Part shown: positions 7,544 to 11,532 of the stretch, piece after piece
How the letters are laid out: every line of letters begins with the position of its first letter
Position numbering within the stretch: the first letter of the stretch is position 1
Origin: a bacterium
GTDB lineage: Bacteria; Zhuqueibacterota; Zhuqueibacteria; Oceanimicrobiales; Oceanimicrobiaceae
Length of the DNA: 11,532 nt
NCBI GenBank assembly: GCA_046757025.1
Contig: JBHHXN010000163.1
Span: 1-11,532, forward strand
Direction: 5' to 3'
The notes under the pieces: model-generated
The model's database searches: none
Seen by the model: the letters and a program-made list of their open reading frames with translations, nothing else
Told to the model about the DNA's origin: nothing
Position numbers and translations under genes: made by a program

Positions 7544-8500
7544 TTGTCCGTTAAATTACGATTGAGGCGAATGGGTAAGAAGAAACAGCCGTTTTATCGC
7601 ATTGTGGCCATTGATTCGCGAGTTGCCAGAGATGGGCGTTATATCGAAAATCTCGGTACATACAATCCGCTCACAAATCCGGCGGAAATCAAAATCGACA
7701 GCGAGCGTGCTTTGTACTGGCTGCAAAACGGGGCCATTCCTACGGATACGATTCGAAGTTTTTTAAGAAAAAAAGGGATTATGCTCAAATGGCACCTGAT
7801 GAAAAATGGCGCCGACGATGCCACCATCGAAGAAGAATTGAAAAAGTGGGAATTGGTTCAATTAGAAAAACAAAAGCGCCTGGAAGCTTTGGATGAGCAG
7901 AAAAAGCGCAGCAAGAAAAAAACAGAGGTTCCGGCTGCGGAAGCATCTGAAGAAGATGTGAAGACTGAATTGAAAAAAGAAGAGATTGTCGAGGCAACCG
8001 AAGACACAAAAACCACGCAAGCCGAAGTCAAGGAAGAAGTAAAGTCGGAAGAGGCGGCTGCGGCGGCTGAAACAGATGCTAAAAGTGAAGTCAAATCCGA
8101 TGAAACGACCGAAGTAGCCCGGGAATCCGCTGCTGACAAGGTTGAAGAAGTAGATGCCAGCGAAAAAGTCAGCGCTGTGGAAACCGAAACGACCACTGCT
8201 GAAAAAGAAGTGAAGAACGAACTAAAAACAGAAGAAGCCGTTGAAAACGAAACTGCTGAAGATGTAAAAACCGAAGAAGCACCTGAAGAAAAAGAGAAAT
8301 CTGTTGAGAAAAAAGCGAGTGAGGAACCGTCCGCAGAAGAAGCAAAAGATGAGAAAAAAGAGTTGAAAACAAAAAAGGCCGCGACCAAAACGGCAAAAGC
8401 GAAAAAGAATGCAAGCGAGCAAGATTCTGATTCGTCAACCGCAGAATCTGAAAAGAAGACAGAAACCGAAAAAGAAGAAAGCGAAGAAGGCAAAAAATAA
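7544..8500 (+). CDS. rpsP: 30S ribosomal protein S16 with very long acidic C-terminal extension
   Basis: TTG start after AAGGAGG (7531-7537). N-terminal [21 protein letters not shown]...[14 protein letters not shown]...[12 protein letters not shown] is S16, in its canonical position after ffh. Confidence 0.98.
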   Translation: MSVKLRLRRMGKKKQPFYRIVAIDSRVARDGRYIENLGTYNPLTNPAEIKIDSERALYWLQNGAIPTDTIRSFLRKKGIMLKWHLMKNGADDATIEEELKKWELVQLEKQKRLEALDEQKKRSKKKTEVPAAEASEEDVKTELKKEEIVEATEDTKTTQAEVKEEVKSEEAAAAAETDAKSEVKSDETTEVARESAADKVEEVDASEKVSAVETETTTAEKEVKNELKTEEAVENETAEDVKTEEAPEEKEKSVEKKASEEPSAEEAKDEKKELKTKKAATKTAKAKKNASEQDSDSSTAESEKKTETEKEESEEGKK

Positions 8501-8730
8501 CGGCTAAAACTTAATTTTTTCAGATTTCCAACGTGTCGTAATTTAATTGGAATGCAAGATTCATTAAAAACAAGGAAAACAAAAAGATAGTACGTCTCCC
8601 AAATACTGATGTATTAATTCGGTTAAGGATTGATTTAAGCATTGATTAAATCATCCAGCTGTATAGAAGTTGTTTTGTTAACCAAAATGAAAAAGAACGT
8701 GAGGGTCGAAATTCAAATGGAGGTGACGAA

Positions 8731-8961
8731 ATGAAGGAGTTCATCGAATTTATCGTTAAGCACTTAGTCGATAATCCGGACGAAGTGCATGTTAACGAGA
8801 TTGACGGAGAGCGTACTGTTGTTTTTGAGTTGCGAGTTGGACCGGGTGACATGGGGAAAGTCATCGGACGTCGTGGCCAAACAGCCAAATCTCTGAGAAC
8901 GCTTTTAGCAGCCGCTTCTGCGAAAATGGGTAAACGCTCTGTACTCGAAATTCTAGAATAG
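8731..8961 (+). CDS. khpA: KH-domain RNA-binding protein (KhpA/YlqC family)
   Basis: 76 aa with LVDNPDEV and GDMGKVIGRRGQTAKSLRTLL (GxxG loop). SD GGAGGT upstream. Located between rpsP and rimM. Confidence 0.95.
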   Translation: MKEFIEFIVKHLVDNPDEVHVNEIDGERTVVFELRVGPGDMGKVIGRRGQTAKSLRTLLAAASAKMGKRSVLEILE

Positions 8962-8974
8962 TCCGATTCACTGA

Positions 8975-9496
8975 GTGCCGATTCAACAGCCAGCAAACAT
9001 CGTAATTGGTGTGATCGTCAAAGCCCATGGATTAAAAGGGGAGGTGAAAGTCAAGCCCATCACCGACGATCCACAGCGATACCGGCAGTTGAAATCAGTG
9101 ATCATCGAGCCGCGAGACGGCGAGAATTTCACATTGTCGATTTCGAAAGTGTCGTTAAGAGGGGACTTCGTTTATCTGTTTTTTGAGGAAGTCCATTCGC
9201 GTGAAAAAGCAGAAAAATTACACGGTGCCTTTGTTTGTATTAAAAGAGAAGATGTTTTACCGCTGGATGAGGAGCATTTTTATCACTTCGAAATCATTGG
9301 TTTCACCGTAAAAACTTTTTCCGGGCAAATTTTGGGGACGGTGCGCGAAGTGATGGATTTGCCAGCCAATGCGGTGCTGGTGGTGCAAAAGGATGCGCAG
9401 GAATATTTGATACCCGTGATAAAAGATGTCGTCCGCAAAATTGATAAAGCGGCTTCTGAAATCATCATTGAACCTGTGGAAGGTCTATTGGATTAA
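8975..9496 (+). CDS. rimM: Ribosome maturation factor RimM
   Basis: 173 aa, GTG start, motifs IGVIVKAHGLKGEVKV, FYHFEIIGFTV, EYLIPVI, PVEGLLD, and conserved synteny. Confidence 0.96.
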   Translation: MPIQQPANIVIGVIVKAHGLKGEVKVKPITDDPQRYRQLKSVIIEPRDGENFTLSISKVSLRGDFVYLFFEEVHSREKAEKLHGAFVCIKREDVLPLDEEHFYHFEIIGFTVKTFSGQILGTVREVMDLPANAVLVVQKDAQEYLIPVIKDVVRKIDKAASEIIIEPVEGLLD

Positions 9497-9503
9497 TCGA
9501 AGT

Positions 9504-10184
9504 ATGGATATTTTTGTCGTAACCGCGTTTCCGAAATTTTTTAGCGGTCCTTTCACAGAAAGCATTTTAAAACGTGCGCAAGAAAAGGAAATCGTCAACA
9601 TCCAAATCGTGGACTTGCGCGATTTCACTACCGACAAACATCGGCAAGTGGATGATTATCCTTACGGCGGCGGCCCGGGCATGATTTTGAAACCGGAACC
9701 GTTTTTTAAAGCAGTTGACTCCATCAAACAAGAAAACGGCTTGCAGAATCCCCGCATCATTTTGATGACGCCGCAGGGGATCACGTACGATCAAAAAACC
9801 GCAAAGGGGTTGGCGAAATGCGAAGAACTCATCTTCCTCTGCGGGCATTACAAGGGCGTGGACGAACGGGTGCGCGAATTTCTGGTGACGGATGAAATTT
9901 CCATCGGGGACTACATCCTGACAGGCGGGGAATTAGCCGCGATGGTGGTGGTGGATTCGGTGGTGCGGTTGCTGCCGGATGCCATCGGAAATTTTGATTC
10001 TGCGGCTACCGACTCATTTGAGGGCGGCGTTCTGGACTGTCCTTATTACACTCGTCCGGAAGAATTGAATGGCATGAAAGTGCCCGAGGTGTTGCTGTCA
10101 GGACATCACCAGGAAATTGAAAAATGGCGGAAACAAAAAGCGTTGGAGAGAACAAAAAAACGTAGAAACGATCTATTGAATTGA
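9504..10184 (+). CDS. trmD: tRNA (guanine37-N1)-methyltransferase TrmD
   Basis: Motifs VDDYPYGGGPGM, CGHYKGVDER, EISIGDYILTGGE, YTRP, VPEVLLSGHH. Start set at ATG 9504 (MDIFVVTAFP) because the longer ORF start overlaps rimM. Confidence 0.98.
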   Translation: MDIFVVTAFPKFFSGPFTESILKRAQEKEIVNIQIVDLRDFTTDKHRQVDDYPYGGGPGMILKPEPFFKAVDSIKQENGLQNPRIILMTPQGITYDQKTAKGLAKCEELIFLCGHYKGVDERVREFLVTDEISIGDYILTGGELAAMVVVDSVVRLLPDAIGNFDSAATDSFEGGVLDCPYYTRPEELNGMKVPEVLLSGHHQEIEKWRKQKALERTKKRRNDLLN

Positions 10185-10225
10185 CTGAATAAAAAATATG
10201 ATAGCCATGTTTGGAGGTTTTAGAT

Positions 10226-10567
10226 ATGCATAAAATCGATGCATTTGTAGCAGGAGAATTGAAAAGCGATTTGCCCGAGTTTAGCGCCGGCGACACCGTC
10301 GCTGTGCATTCCAAAGTAATCGAAGGCGATAAAGAACGCATTCAGGTATTTGAAGGGGTGGTGATCAAAAGAAAAGGCGGCGGCATCAACGCAACTTTTA
10401 CCGTACGCAAAATTTCAAACGGTGTGGGCGTGGAAAGAATCTTTCCCGTGCATTCGCCCAATATCGATAAAATTGTCAAACTGAAATCGGGTAAAGTTCG
10501 TCGCGCTAAACTCTACTACCTGAGAGGACTAAAAGGAAAAGCGGCGCGCATCGCCGAAAAAAGATAA
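10226..10567 (+). CDS. rplS: 50S ribosomal protein L19
   Basis: Motifs [48 protein letters not shown] 10226 lies 8 nt after GGAGG (10213-10217). Confidence 0.99.
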   Translation: MHKIDAFVAGELKSDLPEFSAGDTVAVHSKVIEGDKERIQVFEGVVIKRKGGGINATFTVRKISNGVGVERIFPVHSPNIDKIVKLKSGKVRRAKLYYLRGLKGKAARIAEKR

Positions 10568-10599
10568 AGCATTTTCCTTTTTGTCAATCGCTAAAGAAT

Positions 10600-10632
10600 A
10601 AAGGGTCGTTCATTTCAGAGTGACCCTTTTTT
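10600..10632 (+). terminator. Rho-independent terminator ending the ffh-rplS cluster
   Basis: Stem GGGTCGTTC / GAGTGACCC (two G-U pairs), loop ATTTCA, followed by T6. Confidence 0.85.
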
Positions 10633-10778
10633 GGGCTCTTTTAACGATCTGCATGTCACGATTCAACTTGCCTTTTAGTTGCTGCACTTAGATCTACTCG
10701 TTATAAATAATTTCATCCTCGTTCACGTCATTTGTTCGTATTTGTTGCAAATCAACACAATTCCCAGACAATTAAATA

Positions 10779-10807
10779 TTGACATTTCAAATTTGATTTT
10801 GTAATTT
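10779..10807 (+). promoter_or_regulatory. Putative sigma70 promoter
   Basis: TTGACA (10779-10784), 17-bp spacer, TAATTT (10802-10807), downstream of the rplS terminator. Confidence 0.65.
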
Positions 10808-10883
10808 AGTGGTGCATTTTTTTACATTCCTTACCGAAGATCCAACAACCACCGGTTCTAATCAATTTCCTGGAGGCAATACC

Positions 10884-11366
10884 ATGCAGCTCCAAACGGT
10901 CAAAATTGAAAACCCGAACAATCTCAACATGGTGATGGGACAATCTCATTTTATCAAAACGGTCGAAGATATCCACGAAGCGCTGGTTGGAACCATCCCC
11001 GGCATTAAATTTGGTTTGGCGTTTAATGAAGCGTCCGGCCCGCGCCTCATCCGATTTTCCGGCACCGATGACAGTCTGATAGAATTGGCCAAAAAGAATG
11101 CCGGCAATGTTGGCGCGGGACATATTTTCGTGCTGTTTTTAGCAGAGGCCTATCCCATCAATGTCATGCGGGCGTTGAAAAGCGTACCAGAGATTTGCGA
11201 AATCTACTGTGCCACAGCCAACCCCGTGGAAGTCATCGTGGCGGAAACGGAGCAGGGTAGAGGTGTTATGGGACTCATCGATGGCTATTCGCCGCTTGGA
11301 GAAGAAAAGGAAACGGATATCCAGGAGCGCAAGGAGCTGTTACGGAATATCGGTTATAAGCTGTAA
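10884..11366 (+). CDS. Adenosine-specific kinase family protein (formerly DUF355)
   Basis: 160 aa from the ATG after GGAGG (10872-10876). Motifs GQSHFIKTVED, FGLAFNEASG, GAGH, YPINV, VPE...CATANP, GRGVMGLIDG. Confidence 0.9.
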   Translation: MQLQTVKIENPNNLNMVMGQSHFIKTVEDIHEALVGTIPGIKFGLAFNEASGPRLIRFSGTDDSLIELAKKNAGNVGAGHIFVLFLAEAYPINVMRALKSVPEICEIYCATANPVEVIVAETEQGRGVMGLIDGYSPLGEEKETDIQERKELLRNIGYKL

Positions 11367-11407
11367 TTTCGATGGCCCGCCATATTAAATAGTGTCCATC
11401 CGTAATC

Positions 11408-11511
11408 GTCATTCCCGAGTGCTCCCTGCCTGCAACGTGCAGGGACAAGCTCATCGGGAATCTCGTGCCTAATTGTCCAATGGATTCCCGCTTAAAGATT
11501 GCGGGAATGAC
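11408..11511. repeat. Double-hairpin extragenic palindrome (GTCATTCCCG...CGGGAATGAC) with a nested 26-bp insert
   Basis: 10-bp terminal IR. GTCATTCCCGAGTGC...ATCGGGAATCTC, 16-nt spacer, then TGGATTCCCGCTTAAAGATTGCGGGAATGAC. Collinear with the reverse complement of 4010-4087. Confidence 0.9.
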
Positions 11512-11532
11512 AAAAAAGGGCTCTTTACGAAT

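Noticed and set aside
7858..8493. 211-aa Ser/Phe-rich minus-strand ORF and neighbours
   Set aside because: Antisense mirror of the GAA/AAA-rich S16 tail.
9426..9503. Longer ORF-track start for trmD (likewise 10211 for rplS and 10809 for the kinase-family gene)
   Set aside because: Family N-termini, overlap with rimM, and SD positions favour 9504, 10226 and 10884.
4010..11511. CRISPR array interpretation of the palindromic repeats
   Set aside because: Copies are dispersed and inverted, not tandem repeat-spacer units, and there are no cas genes.

Overview
Bacterial window with two divergent gene blocks. On the minus strand (5646->119) is a putative ABC/MacAB-type export operon: three tandem paralogous lipoprotein periplasmic adaptors (HlyD/MFP family) followed by a MacB/FtsX-type permease with no ATPase domain. 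On the plus strand (6178->10567) is the conserved ffh-rpsP-khpA-rimM-trmD-rplS cluster with a terminator, followed by a separately promoted adenosine-specific-kinase-family gene. The main finding is a ~143-bp miniature element (1505-1647) interrupting the third adaptor. It has 16-bp terminal inverted repeats, a GTTCA target duplication and a centred REP-like palindrome, and removing 149 bp restores a 392-aa frame that aligns without gaps to its paralog across the junction. Two related GTCATTCC...GGAATGAC double-hairpin repeats lie at 4010-4087 and 11408-11511; the latter carries a nested 26-bp hairpin insert and probably its own TIRs. S16 has a ~190-aa acidic low-complexity tail, and the ffh leader contains a terminator-like hairpin. 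The S16 extension suggests an FCB-group organism (inference only). All calls are by-eye motif recognition; no database searches were run.
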